From Pseudomonadota bacterium (GTDB taxonomy: Bacteria > Pseudomonadota > Gammaproteobacteria > Burkholderiales > Burkholderiaceae_C): a stretch of 64,000 nt of DNA. The DNA is taken from the NCBI GenBank assembly GCA_021819435.1, contig JAKARB010000014.1, forward strand, positions 19,085-83,084, read 5' to 3'. The notes below the pieces were generated by a model. That model did not search any database. It was given only the letters and a program-made list of their open reading frames with translations, and had not been told where the DNA came from. Positions 9,869 through 18,716 of this stretch are shown here, piece after piece (within the stretch, counting starts at the first letter, position 1; each line of letters opens with the position of its first letter). The translations under genes were made by a program, and so were the position numbers.

Positions 9869-10621
9869 ATGCCCGCGAACTACGCACGCTACCTCGTCGG
9901 CCGCCACCGCAGCGTCCAGGCCAACCGCCAGCTCGGCTGGACCCTGGCCTTCGTCGCGGGCGCCATCAACGCGGGTGGCTTCCTGGCGGTGCACCAATAC
10001 ACCTCGCACATGACCGGCACGGTTTCGTCCTTGGCCGACAACCTGGCGCTGGGCCACCTCGATCTGGTCATCGACGGCATCGTCGGCGTGCTGTCTTTCC
10101 TGGCTGGAGCCATGTGCAGCGCGCTGATGGTGAACTTCGCGAGGCGACGCCAACTCAGCAGCGAGTTCGCGCTGCCGCTAATGCTGGAGGCCTTCCTCAT
10201 CCTGTGCTTCGGCCTGCTCGGCTCACGCCTGAGCGAGTTCGAAGGCCTGCTGGTGCCTTTCACCGTGGTGCTGCTGTGCTTCATCATGGGCTTGCAGAAC
10301 GCCGTGGTGACCAAGCTGTCTCACGCCGTCATCCGCACCACCCACATGACCGGCATCGTGACCGACCTGGGCATCGAGCTGGGCAAGGCCTTGTACTGGA
10401 ACCGTCGCGAGGACGAGCCCCCCGTGCGCGCCAACTTCGAACGCATGACCGTGCTCGGCGGCCTGCTGCTGGCTTTCACGGGCGGCGGCGTGATTGGCGC
10501 GTATGGGTTCAAGTTCGTGGGCTATGCGTCCACGGTGCCGCTGGCGGTGTTGCTGGCGGCGCTGGCGCTGGTGCCGGCGTGGGATGACTTTCGCAACCGG
10601 GGCGCCAGACTGTCAAGGTGA
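9869..10621 (+). CDS. YoaK / DUF1275 family membrane protein
   Basis: AFVAGAINAGGF, TSHMTG, MGLQNA, IRTTHMTGIVTDLG. Confidence 0.92.
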   Translation: MPANYARYLVGRHRSVQANRQLGWTLAFVAGAINAGGFLAVHQYTSHMTGTVSSLADNLALGHLDLVIDGIVGVLSFLAGAMCSALMVNFARRRQLSSEFALPLMLEAFLILCFGLLGSRLSEFEGLLVPFTVVLLCFIMGLQNAVVTKLSHAVIRTTHMTGIVTDLGIELGKALYWNRREDEPPVRANFERMTVLGGLLLAFTGGGVIGAYGFKFVGYASTVPLAVLLAALALVPAWDDFRNRGARLSR

Positions 10622-11647
10622 TTCGGTCTGCACAAGGCATTCGGCCATCGCCGGAGACGCCTGGCAACGTGCCTTCTTCATCAGGTTCAGCGTGCGCCAA
10701 CTGTAGAGGCCGGCCTTCGCCCCGTCGATGCGCCCCTCGCGCAGCACGTCCACATAAGGCTGTACCTGATCGGGCGGCAGCTCGTACCAGAAGCGGTCCG
10801 GCACCTCGGCCTCGGCTCGCTGGATGACCTTCAACGCCCACTCGTGCAGGCCAGCCCAGTACACGCGAGATGGCGCCCCGAGAGACGCCGGGACCTGCGC
10901 ACGGTTGAAGATGAGCTGCAGCGTCGGGATCATGACTGGCATGCGCAGCACGCCGCCCTTGCTGCCCATGCCCCGGGCCAACTCGAAGGGCCTGAAAGTG
11001 ACCGCTGGCATGTGGATGAGATCGACCAGGCCGTTGTTGAACTTGGCGCCCACATTGGTCACGTCCGACGAGATCGCCTGCGCGCCCATTTTCTGGACCA
11101 GCATGGCCTGGACACGGTCATGGTCGAAGACAGCCACCCGCTTGCCCGCAAGGCTGTGGGGTGTGATTTCGAAACGCTCGCGCATCATCGGGTAAGCCGC
11201 GCCAACCGGCATGATGCCCCCCACCTCGTAACGCCCTTCGATCATCAGTGAGGCGGCCTGTGGCGCCGCAAACACTTGGATGATCTTGCGCAGCACCTCG
11301 TAGCTGGCCGCAAGGTCGACCTTGCCATCACGCACCACCACGGCGGAGCCCAAGCTGTCGAGCGAGCCCGTGACCTGATTGAAGGACCGCGCCCGAAAGC
11401 CAGTGAGGATGGCTGCAGCGCACTGGCCGACGCGGAAGTCCTCGGCCACCACCCGCTCATCGGTGAAGGTGCGCACCTCAAAATGCACACCTTCGCGGGC
11501 CATCGCTGCGGCGTAGTCTTGGGCCAGTGCGTGCACATCGCCTCCCTTGCCGAGCAGGTCCCAGGCGCACAGCAGCGGGCCAGCCCACGCAGACCCGCTG
11601 AGCCCCATCAAGAAGGCCACGGCCCAACGATGGCTTGTCGAATTCAT
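10613..11647 (-). CDS. Putative solute-binding protein, AdeT/DUF6091-like (TRAP DctP-like fold)
   Basis: Signal peptide; CAWDLLGKGG, TDERVVAEDFRVGQC, KFNNGLVD, KKARC motifs. Confidence 0.75.
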   Translation of the reverse strand: MNSTSHRWAVAFLMGLSGSAWAGPLLCAWDLLGKGGDVHALAQDYAAAMAREGVHFEVRTFTDERVVAEDFRVGQCAAAILTGFRARSFNQVTGSLDSLGSAVVVRDGKVDLAASYEVLRKIIQVFAAPQAASLMIEGRYEVGGIMPVGAAYPMMRERFEITPHSLAGKRVAVFDHDRVQAMLVQKMGAQAISSDVTNVGAKFNNGLVDLIHMPAVTFRPFELARGMGSKGGVLRMPVMIPTLQLIFNRAQVPASLGAPSRVYWAGLHEWALKVIQRAEAEVPDRFWYELPPDQVQPYVDVLREGRIDGAKAGLYSWRTLNLMKKARCQASPAMAECLVQTESP

Positions 11648-11716
11648 GATCCCTCCTCGGTTGATGCGGATCAACGCTGTCGAGCGATGCGCCCCGAGAT
11701 GCGGGCGTCAAACAAC

Positions 11717-11744
11717 TTGACAGACAAGCGAACGAATTTACACT
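11717..11744 (+). promoter_or_regulatory. sigma70 promoter of the copper operon (nearly leaderless transcript)
   Basis: TTGACA (11717)-16 bp-TACACT (11739), 8 nt before ATG 11753, no Shine-Dalgarno sequence. Confidence 0.7.
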
Positions 11745-11752
11745 CCGCGACC

Positions 11753-12142
11753 ATGCCATTGTCCGTTCGTCGTCGCATCACCTGGATCGCCGCCCTGGCC
11801 GTCCTGATGATTGCGCTCGCGCCGGCCATCTCGCAATGGCTGCTGGCGCAACGCAACCCAGGCCTGAGCTGGGTGGCGGTGTGCTCGAGTACCGGCATGC
11901 GCTGGGTCGCTGTCGGCCAGGCCACACCCGATCACCCAGCTGATCAACAAGGCCTGCATGCCCAGTCGCATTGCCCGGCCTGTGTGCTGCATGCCCATGA
12001 CATGGGCCTGCCCCCCCAGCCCCTGCGCGTGCAGGCGCTGAACACCGAACGGGAGGCCCTGCCCTTCCTGTTCCTGCATGCGCCCCGCCCGCTTGCGGTG
12101 TGGTCGCCTGTGCTCGCCCGCGCCCCGCCGGCCGTGGTCTGA
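11753..12142 (+). CDS. DUF2946 protein, CruR-like copper-responsive leader ORF
   Basis: Signal/TM helix, VCSSTG, HCPACVLH (CxxC), C-terminal LARAPP (RAPP arrest motif). Confidence 0.85.
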   Translation: MPLSVRRRITWIAALAVLMIALAPAISQWLLAQRNPGLSWVAVCSSTGMRWVAVGQATPDHPADQQGLHAQSHCPACVLHAHDMGLPPQPLRVQALNTEREALPFLFLHAPRPLAVWSPVLARAPPAVV

Positions 12143-12254
12143 GAACACACCCTTCCCCTTTTTATTTTTATCTTGATCGATCACCGCTTGCGCGCGTGAG
12201 GCCTGGGTGCGTCCTGGCCCGCGTCAGCGTCTGCGCGTGACGGGAGCTTTCACC

Positions 12255-12893
12255 ATGAACAAGCAAACCACCTTCCGCACCGCCGCCCTCGCCTTGGTGC
12301 TAGGCACCTTTGCCAGCGTTGCATCGGCCCATGGCAGCCTCGATGGCGAATCGCTGTTGATTGAATACGGCGTTGACTTCGGCTCAGGCTTCACGGCCTT
12401 GAGCAGCCGCACGGTCACCGTGGGCAGCGGGCTCGAAGTCAGCGGCTGGCCGCTCAGCAGCGCCAAGGACATCCGCTGGAACATCGATTTCAGCGGCGCC
12501 AACATCGCCTTCACCTACGTGGGCAACGACGACTTCATGAACGTCGGCACCTTCGCGATGCAGGGCTTTCGCATCAGCGGCATGCCCTTCGAAGTCGAAG
12601 GCGCGCTCGTCACGAACACGGAGTACGTGCCCAACGTGAAGGGCAACCTGATCGAGGGATTCGACCCGACCACGGACCTGAGCTTCACGCCCAGGACGGT
12701 GTCGGTCAACCTCAACGAGTCGATGTACCACCACCACGCCATGACCGGCATGGGCGACCCGGTGCGCGATGCGATCAAGCTGCACCTGCACCTGGCGCCC
12801 GCCGTGCCTGAGCCATCGGGCTGGTTGCTGGGCGGCATCGGCTTGCTGGGCGTGGGCGTTCTGCGTCGGCGCAGCGTTGGATGCCGCGCTTGA
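12255..12893 (+). CDS. His/Met-rich PEP-CTERM protein
   Basis: Signal peptide ending ASA followed by His; internal SMYHHHAMTGM; C-terminal VPEPSGWLLGGIGLLGVGVLRRR. Confidence 0.85.
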   Translation: MNKQTTFRTAALALVLGTFASVASAHGSLDGESLLIEYGVDFGSGFTALSSRTVTVGSGLEVSGWPLSSAKDIRWNIDFSGANIAFTYVGNDDFMNVGTFAMQGFRISGMPFEVEGALVTNTEYVPNVKGNLIEGFDPTTDLSFTPRTVSVNLNESMYHHHAMTGMGDPVRDAIKLHLHLAPAVPEPSGWLLGGIGLLGVGVLRRRSVGCRA

Positions 12894-12938
12894 TGCCGAC
12901 GGCCCGATGAGGGCCTGACAGAAGCTTGCCAAGCTCCA

Positions 12939-12968
12939 CCGTCCCCGCCGCCGCTGTGGCGGGGACGG
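12939..12968 (+). other. Perfect 11-bp GC hairpin between the PEP-CTERM and receptor genes
   Basis: CCGTCCCCGCC-N8-GGCGGGGACGG, no U-tract. Confidence 0.6.
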
Positions 12969-13011
12969 CCTGCGGCATGCATGCGCCAACGCATTCATCA
13001 CCCACGCAACG

Positions 13012-15057
13012 ATGTTCAACTTCAGGAAGTTCAACCACCTCTGCCATGGGGCAACGGCGATGGTCCTGTCAGCCCTGCCCACCCTGTCGAGCGGCGAGAC
13101 ACTCACCGACGAAGCGACCTTGCCGGAGATCAGGGTGCAGGCCAGCAGCCCATCGGATCCCTTGCGCCCCAGCCTGCGCATCCACGGGCAGGACACGCAA
13201 GACGACCCCGCCGAGCAACTGCGCCAGGTCAACGGCGTGCGCGTGATGCGGCAGGCCGGCACCGCCGGGCTCGTGTCGGTGCAAGGCTTGAGCGGCTCGC
13301 GCGTGCCGGTGCTGCTCGATGGCTTGTCGATCGATGGTGCCTGCAACCATGGCATGGACCCGGCCACGTCTTACCTCACGCTCGACAGCATCGACCGCCT
13401 CACGGTGCTCAAAGGCCCGACCACCGTGCGCCACGCGGGGGTCTTCGCGGGTGCGGTGCTGGCCGAGCGCGTCCAACCCACCACCGATGCACCAGCCAGC
13501 ATGGCATTGCAAGCGCAAGTGGGCCGATTCGGCGAACGCATGCTGGCCGCTGAAGCCCTGCTCAACACCGAGCCGCTGTGGGCACGCGTCAACAGCCGCC
13601 GCAGCGAACGCGACGACTACCGCGACGGCCAGGGTCGCAGCGTGCCCTCGCGCTTCAACAAGCGACAGAGCATGGCCGACTTCGGCTGGCGCATCGGCCA
13701 GCACGACACCCTGACCGCCGAGGTGGCGCAAAGCGATGGCGAGGCCGTCTACCCCGCCTTCCACATGGATGGCACGGCCTTCCGCCAGAACCGCCTGGGC
13801 GCCGGCTGGCAGGCCCGCGAACGCCTGCCGTGGCTGGAGCTGATCGAGGTGCGCGCCATGGAGCAGCGCATCCGCCACGCCATGGACAACCACAGCCTGC
13901 GCGAGATGGAGCCGCTGAGCTACGACGGCGAAGCTCGCATCCGCGAGGACATGTTCCAGGACGTCAACCGGCGCCAAGTCAAGGCCGAGGCCGTGATGCG
14001 CCCGGCAGATGACCAGCGCCTGACGGTGGGCACCCAATGGGCGCGCGACGACCACGATGCCGTCAACCACCTCAGCAGCGAAGCCTGCGTGGATTTTGGC
14101 TTGCCCATGTGCTTCACGCAGGACCCGGGGCCGCAACCCTTCTACCAGGTTCGCCAGCGCAAGCGCGGCGTGTACGCCGAATGGAGCCTGGAACTCGACG
14201 CCTGGCAGCTGACCCTTGGCAGCCGGCGCGACCACGTTGGCACGCGCACGGGCGCCATCCGGTCTTTCGCCGTCAACCCGGTGGTGAAGTCAGGCGAGAA
14301 CGGGCGCACCGAGCATGAACTGAACCAGCAGGTGGCCCGCCTGGACTGGCGTTGGGATGCGGCCTGGCAGGCCCACCTGGCATGGGGCCAGGCCCAGCGC
14401 GCACCCGACCCCATCGAGGTGGGCAGCGTGGACGCCTTGCGCTTGAACCCGGAAACCAACCGCGAGTTGCATGCCGGGGTGAGCGGTGCTTCGGGAGCAT
14501 GGCAATGGGGGGTCGATGCCTTTCACAGCCGCATCGACGACTTCATTTTGCTGACCAGCGGCACGACCGCGCGCAACGTGCAGGCACGCCGCGTCGGCTG
14601 GGAGCTCGAAGGCCGATGGCGATGGGCCAGCGGTTGGTCGAGCGGCGCCGCATTCAGCCGCGTGCGCGCGGACAACCTGAGCGAACGCCGCCCGCTGGCC
14701 CAGACACCGCCCGACGAGTTGCGCCTGAACACCGACTGGCGCGAAGGCCCCTGGCAGGCGCGCATCGAATGGCGCGGCGCCGCCCGGCAAGACCGCTACG
14801 CGTTCAACCAGGGCAACACCAACGGCCTCGACCTCAACGAGGCCACGCCGGGCTTCAGCGTCGTCAACGCCTCGGTGCGACGGCAACTGCCCTGGCAAGC
14901 CAGCATCGCCATCGGCGTGGACAACGTCTTCGACCGCGCCTACGCCGAACACATCAACCACAGCGTCGACCGCAGTTGGGCCGCGCAGGGCTCCAGCAGC
15001 ACCAGGGTGCCCGAGCCCGGGCGGCGCTGGTGGTTGAAGTGGATTCAACGACTTTGA
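13012..15057 (+). CDS. oprC: TonB-dependent copper receptor, OprC-like
   Basis: Plug motif DGACNHGMDP (CxxxM) and RHAMDNHSLR resemble OprC Cu ligand motifs; GVDNVFDRAYAEH, EPGRRWW C-terminus. Confidence 0.82.
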   Translation: MFNFRKFNHLCHGATAMVLSALPTLSSGETLTDEATLPEIRVQASSPSDPLRPSLRIHGQDTQDDPAEQLRQVNGVRVMRQAGTAGLVSVQGLSGSRVPVLLDGLSIDGACNHGMDPATSYLTLDSIDRLTVLKGPTTVRHAGVFAGAVLAERVQPTTDAPASMALQAQVGRFGERMLAAEALLNTEPLWARVNSRRSERDDYRDGQGRSVPSRFNKRQSMADFGWRIGQHDTLTAEVAQSDGEAVYPAFHMDGTAFRQNRLGAGWQARERLPWLELIEVRAMEQRIRHAMDNHSLREMEPLSYDGEARIREDMFQDVNRRQVKAEAVMRPADDQRLTVGTQWARDDHDAVNHLSSEACVDFGLPMCFTQDPGPQPFYQVRQRKRGVYAEWSLELDAWQLTLGSRRDHVGTRTGAIRSFAVNPVVKSGENGRTEHELNQQVARLDWRWDAAWQAHLAWGQAQRAPDPIEVGSVDALRLNPETNRELHAGVSGASGAWQWGVDAFHSRIDDFILLTSGTTARNVQARRVGWELEGRWRWASGWSSGAAFSRVRADNLSERRPLAQTPPDELRLNTDWREGPWQARIEWRGAARQDRYAFNQGNTNGLDLNEATPGFSVVNASVRRQLPWQASIAIGVDNVFDRAYAEHINHSVDRSWAAQGSSSTRVPEPGRRWWLKWIQRL

Positions 15058-15111
15058 CTTTGATGGCAGGATGAGACCCTGCGTCCACCCGTGTTCAACC
15101 AGGAGACCAAC

Positions 15112-15618
15112 ATGAGTTCACACCGCTTTGCCCCCCTCGCATCCGCCATCGCCGCGCCGCTGCTCGCCGCCACGCTGGCCACCGCGGCGTTCAGCGCCCA
15201 CGCCCAAGTCGATGTCAGCAACGCATGGGTGCGCGCCACGGTGCCAGGTCAACAGGCCACCGGCATGTTCGCCACGCTCACCGCCAAGCAGGACAGCACG
15301 CTCGTGAGCGCCAGTTCGCCGGTGGCCAGCGCCGTCGAAGTGCACGAGATGAAGATGGAAGGCGACGTGATGAAGATGCGCGCCGTGCCCGCGCTGCCCC
15401 TGCCCGGTGGCCAGGCCGTGGCGCTCAAGCCCGGCTCCTACCACGTGATGCTGATGGGCCTGAAGAAGCCGCTGCCTGATGGCGGCACGGTGCCCGTCAA
15501 GCTGGTGGTGGAGGATGCACAGAAGAAGCAGACCACCATCGACCTCAAGGTGCCGGTGAAGAAGGCCGGGCCGGCCCAGGCGGCGGAAGAACATGGGCAT
15601 GAGCACCACCAGCATTGA
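15112..15618 (+). CDS. Copper chaperone PCu(A)C
   Basis: AWVRAT, VEVHEM...MKM...YHVML motif, His-rich tail EHGHEHHQH. Confidence 0.93.
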   Translation: MSSHRFAPLASAIAAPLLAATLATAAFSAHAQVDVSNAWVRATVPGQQATGMFATLTAKQDSTLVSASSPVASAVEVHEMKMEGDVMKMRAVPALPLPGGQAVALKPGSYHVMLMGLKKPLPDGGTVPVKLVVEDAQKKQTTIDLKVPVKKAGPAQAAEEHGHEHHQH

Positions 15619-15678
15619 AGCTGACGGGGTGCGCCCCGCCCGCTCACGCGCGTGCAAGCGTGCCCTCAGACGTGAGCC

Positions 15679-17886
15679 TCAGAAACGCACACTGGCCGTG
15701 AGATGGGCCTGCCGCCCCGGCATGGGGTAGTAGGTCTGGCTGTAGGCCAGCGTGCTGTAGCGCTCGTTGAGCAGGTTGCTCACACCGAGCGCCAGTTCCA
15801 GGTCATCCAGCCGATGCCTCACCACCGCGTCGACCACCTGGTAGGCGCGCAATCGCGCCAGCGGCGGGTTGTCTGCATCGGTGGCGTTGCCATCGCGGCG
15901 CGGCCCCACATGGCGCACAGAAAGAGCCGCCTGCCACGCGGTGCTCGGCTGCCAGTCCAGCGTGAGGCTGGCCGTTGTTCTCGCCACCAGCGGGATGTCG
16001 CCCGAGCGGCCGGCCAGGCTGGGCACCAGGTAGCTGAGCATGCCGTTCAGGCGCCAGCCACGCGCCGGCTGCCACCGACCCGCGAGCTCGATGCCCTGGC
16101 GGCGTGAGGCCTCGTCGCGGTTGCGATTGACCTCGTCGCCATTGGGTTCACGGCCGTAGTAGATCTCGTCCTGCAGGTGCAGGTCGAACCAGGTCATCGA
16201 CCATGAAAGCCGCTCGCCCGCTCGCTGTCGCCAGCCCAGTTCCTGCGTCACGCCGCGCTGCGGCCGCAGGTTCTGCGCGGCCTTGTTGAGTTCATCGAGG
16301 TTGGGCGCGCGGAAGGTGCCGTTGCGACGCGCGAAGAAGCTGGTGTCGGCGCCCGGCTGCCAGACGACGCCAAGCTCGCCCAACCGGTTGAACCAGTCGC
16401 CAGCCATGGGCGCCTGCGTGTCTTCGTAGGCATAGGGCGAACACACCAGCACCGGGAAGGGCGCAAAAGCGCAATCGCGCGACCACTGCTGGGTTCGACG
16501 TGTCGACTCGAAGTGATCCCAGCGGGCGCCGGCCTGAACAGTGATCGCCGAATGTGGGCTCAAGGTCGTCGCCAACGTCCAGGCGTTGGAAGCGGCCTCA
16601 CCTTGCAGACGCGTGTGGTCTGGAGCGCTGGAGGGACGGTCCCAGCGCGCGTACTCGCCGTCCATTCGGCTCCAGCCCAGCGACACCTCCTGCCTGCGGC
16701 CCGCCAGGTCGAAGCCCACACGGTGCTTCAGTTGGTGATCCCAGCGCTCGGAGGTGGTGAGTTGTTCCTGCTCGGACAGCGGTCGGCTGGCATCAACGCC
16801 GATGTAAAAGGGGTTGCGCCGCTCGCGGTGGCTGCTGGTCCAGGTGAGCTGGCCGAGCGTGCCGAAGTCGAGGCTTGCACCCAGGTCTTGTCGATCCAGC
16901 TCCGTGCGTCCGCCGTCCAACGGGGCCTGGGTCGAGCGCAATTCACGCTCGCTGCCCGACTCGAATACGTCGCGCGAGACCGGGCCAGGCAAGCCGTAGC
17001 GGTCACGCTGTCGGGTGGCGCGCGCATGGGCATCGGCTTTCACGTCGCCGAGGGAGGCCTGCCAGCGCAAGGTGAGTGCCGAACGCGTGCTGTCGAATTC
17101 GCTGTTGTTGCGCCAGCCGGGTTCTTGCCCACGGTGCAGTTGCAGCACGGGCGTCCAGGCGCCGATCCGGGTCGCGAGTTGGAGATCACCAATGCGTTCA
17201 CCCAGGGTGCCCACGCGCACCTGTGCTCGCCCGCGACGTTCGCCATCGTCGAGCTCGGGCAGGGTGTTGATGCGTACCACGCCGGCCACCGCGCCACTGC
17301 CGTGCTCAATGGCGCCGCCGCCACGCACGACTTCGATCTGGCGCACATCGCTCAGCGACAGCGATGACAAGTTGGCACCTGAAAGATCGTTCTCGTTGAG
17401 GACCACGCCGTCGACCACGATCAACACGTTGCTGCCGGCGGACTCGCCCATGCCACGCATGTCCAGTGTGGCGCTGCGGTCGTTGCCGAAGTAGCTTTGC
17501 AGCGGCAGGTTGGCTTCGGTGGCCAGCAGGTCGGCCACCGAGCTCGCGCTGGAGCGAGCGATGTCGCGCGCGGTCAGCACCGTGACGTTGCGCGCGGCGT
17601 CGGCCGATGGCGCAGCGGCTTCGGAGCCAGCTTGTGCACGCACGCGGACCTCGGGCAAGGTCGCCTCGGCGTCCACCACCTGCTGCCCAGGCCGTTGCTC
17701 AATCGGTGGCGCGGGCGACGTGCCCGCGCCCTGCGCCAAGGCAGCCCCCCAGATCCATGGCCACAGCACACCTGTCGCCATGGCAATGGCCGGCCTCGGC
17801 CAGATCGCCGGCAGCGCCCGCCGCCCCGCAGCACCCGCAGCACCCGCAGCACCCGCAGCACCCGGAGCGCGCGGGCCGCGCCTCAT
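15679..17886 (-). CDS. TonB-dependent receptor, probable cobalamin receptor (BtuB-like by context)
   Basis: Plug (DMRGMG..NVLIVVDGV), barrel, C-terminal Phe; last gene of the riboswitch-led operon, ATGA-coupled to the DUF4465 gene. Confidence 0.85.
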   Translation of the reverse strand: MRRGPRAPGAAGAAGAAGAAGRRALPAIWPRPAIAMATGVLWPWIWGAALAQGAGTSPAPPIEQRPGQQVVDAEATLPEVRVRAQAGSEAAAPSADAARNVTVLTARDIARSSASSVADLLATEANLPLQSYFGNDRSATLDMRGMGESAGSNVLIVVDGVVLNENDLSGANLSSLSLSDVRQIEVVRGGGAIEHGSGAVAGVVRINTLPELDDGERRGRAQVRVGTLGERIGDLQLATRIGAWTPVLQLHRGQEPGWRNNSEFDSTRSALTLRWQASLGDVKADAHARATRQRDRYGLPGPVSRDVFESGSERELRSTQAPLDGGRTELDRQDLGASLDFGTLGQLTWTSSHRERRNPFYIGVDASRPLSEQEQLTTSERWDHQLKHRVGFDLAGRRQEVSLGWSRMDGEYARWDRPSSAPDHTRLQGEAASNAWTLATTLSPHSAITVQAGARWDHFESTRRTQQWSRDCAFAPFPVLVCSPYAYEDTQAPMAGDWFNRLGELGVVWQPGADTSFFARRNGTFRAPNLDELNKAAQNLRPQRGVTQELGWRQRAGERLSWSMTWFDLHLQDEIYYGREPNGDEVNRNRDEASRRQGIELAGRWQPARGWRLNGMLSYLVPSLAGRSGDIPLVARTTASLTLDWQPSTAWQAALSVRHVGPRRDGNATDADNPPLARLRAYQVVDAVVRHRLDDLELALGVSNLLNERYSTLAYSQTYYPMPGRQAHLTASVRF
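17825..17864. repeat. 9-bp tandem repeat (CCCGCAGCA)x4 in the receptor signal region
   Basis: Seen directly; encodes GAAGAAGAAGAAG in frame. Confidence 0.9.
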
Positions 17887-18680
17887 CGCTGCGCCCGGCG
17901 ACGCAGGCCGATGACGCCCACCACCCCCACCAACATCATCGCCAGCGACGAGGCTTCGGGCACAGCACTCACGGCTGACACCGCCAGGTTGTCGATGGCG
18001 AAGTAGGCCGGCGTGTTCATGCCGAACGAGCCCACGTCAGAAGAGGTCAACTCGAACTTGAGCGAGGTGACCGTGCCGAGCGAGCTCAGGTTCACGCTGG
18101 TCCAGTTGCTGACCACGTGGTCCAGGCTGTTGTCGGCGAAACGGTAATCGGCCAGGTAGAAGTCGACGCGGCCGGTTTCCTGGCCGGTGGTGTTCAGGCC
18201 GATGAAGGTGAGCTTGAGGAAGTCGGCGTCGTTGCCGCTGTCGCCGCCGAACTTCTTGGCGAATGAGTCGCCTTGCAGCATCGACAAGGCCGCGTACGTG
18301 GTGTTGGTGACGTCCACGCTTTCGACCACGGAGGGCGCGTCCAGGCTGATCACGGGCGAGCCGATGTAGGCCAGCGCGTAGTTGGCCGAACCGCCCGCGC
18401 CCGAGCCGGCGTAGGCGCTGAACTGGTTCTCGAAGCCCGGCGTGGTGGTGTCGGTTTCGTTGGAGTAGGTCCAGCCGCTCCAGCAGCAGCCGCCGCCGTA
18501 ATCGGTGAAGTCGTGGTTGAAGCTGGCGGCGCCGCTGGTGAACTGGGCCGAGGTGCCGGGGAAGAAGTGGCTGTTCGCGCTCAGCGGCAGGTCGTCGAAG
18601 GTGCTGACGGTCACGGCGGCTTGCGCGCCCGAGGCCAGGCCGGCTGCCAGCAGGGCAGCGGCGATGCGGGAGGTGTTCAT
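17883..18680 (-). CDS. DUF4465 domain PEP-CTERM protein
   Basis: WSGWTYSN, NQFSAY, VTNTTY, FYLADYR, GMNTPAYFAIDNL (DUF4465) plus VPEASSLAMMLVGVVGVIGLRRR. Confidence 0.88.
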   Translation of the reverse strand: MNTSRIAAALLAAGLASGAQAAVTVSTFDDLPLSANSHFFPGTSAQFTSGAASFNHDFTDYGGGCCWSGWTYSNETDTTTPGFENQFSAYAGSGAGGSANYALAYIGSPVISLDAPSVVESVDVTNTTYAALSMLQGDSFAKKFGGDSGNDADFLKLTFIGLNTTGQETGRVDFYLADYRFADNSLDHVVSNWTSVNLSSLGTVTSLKFELTSSDVGSFGMNTPAYFAIDNLAVSAVSAVPEASSLAMMLVGVVGVIGLRRRAQR

Positions 18681-18716
18681 GATGATGGGTCTTTCGGATT
18701 CGGTTTGGAGGACGGC

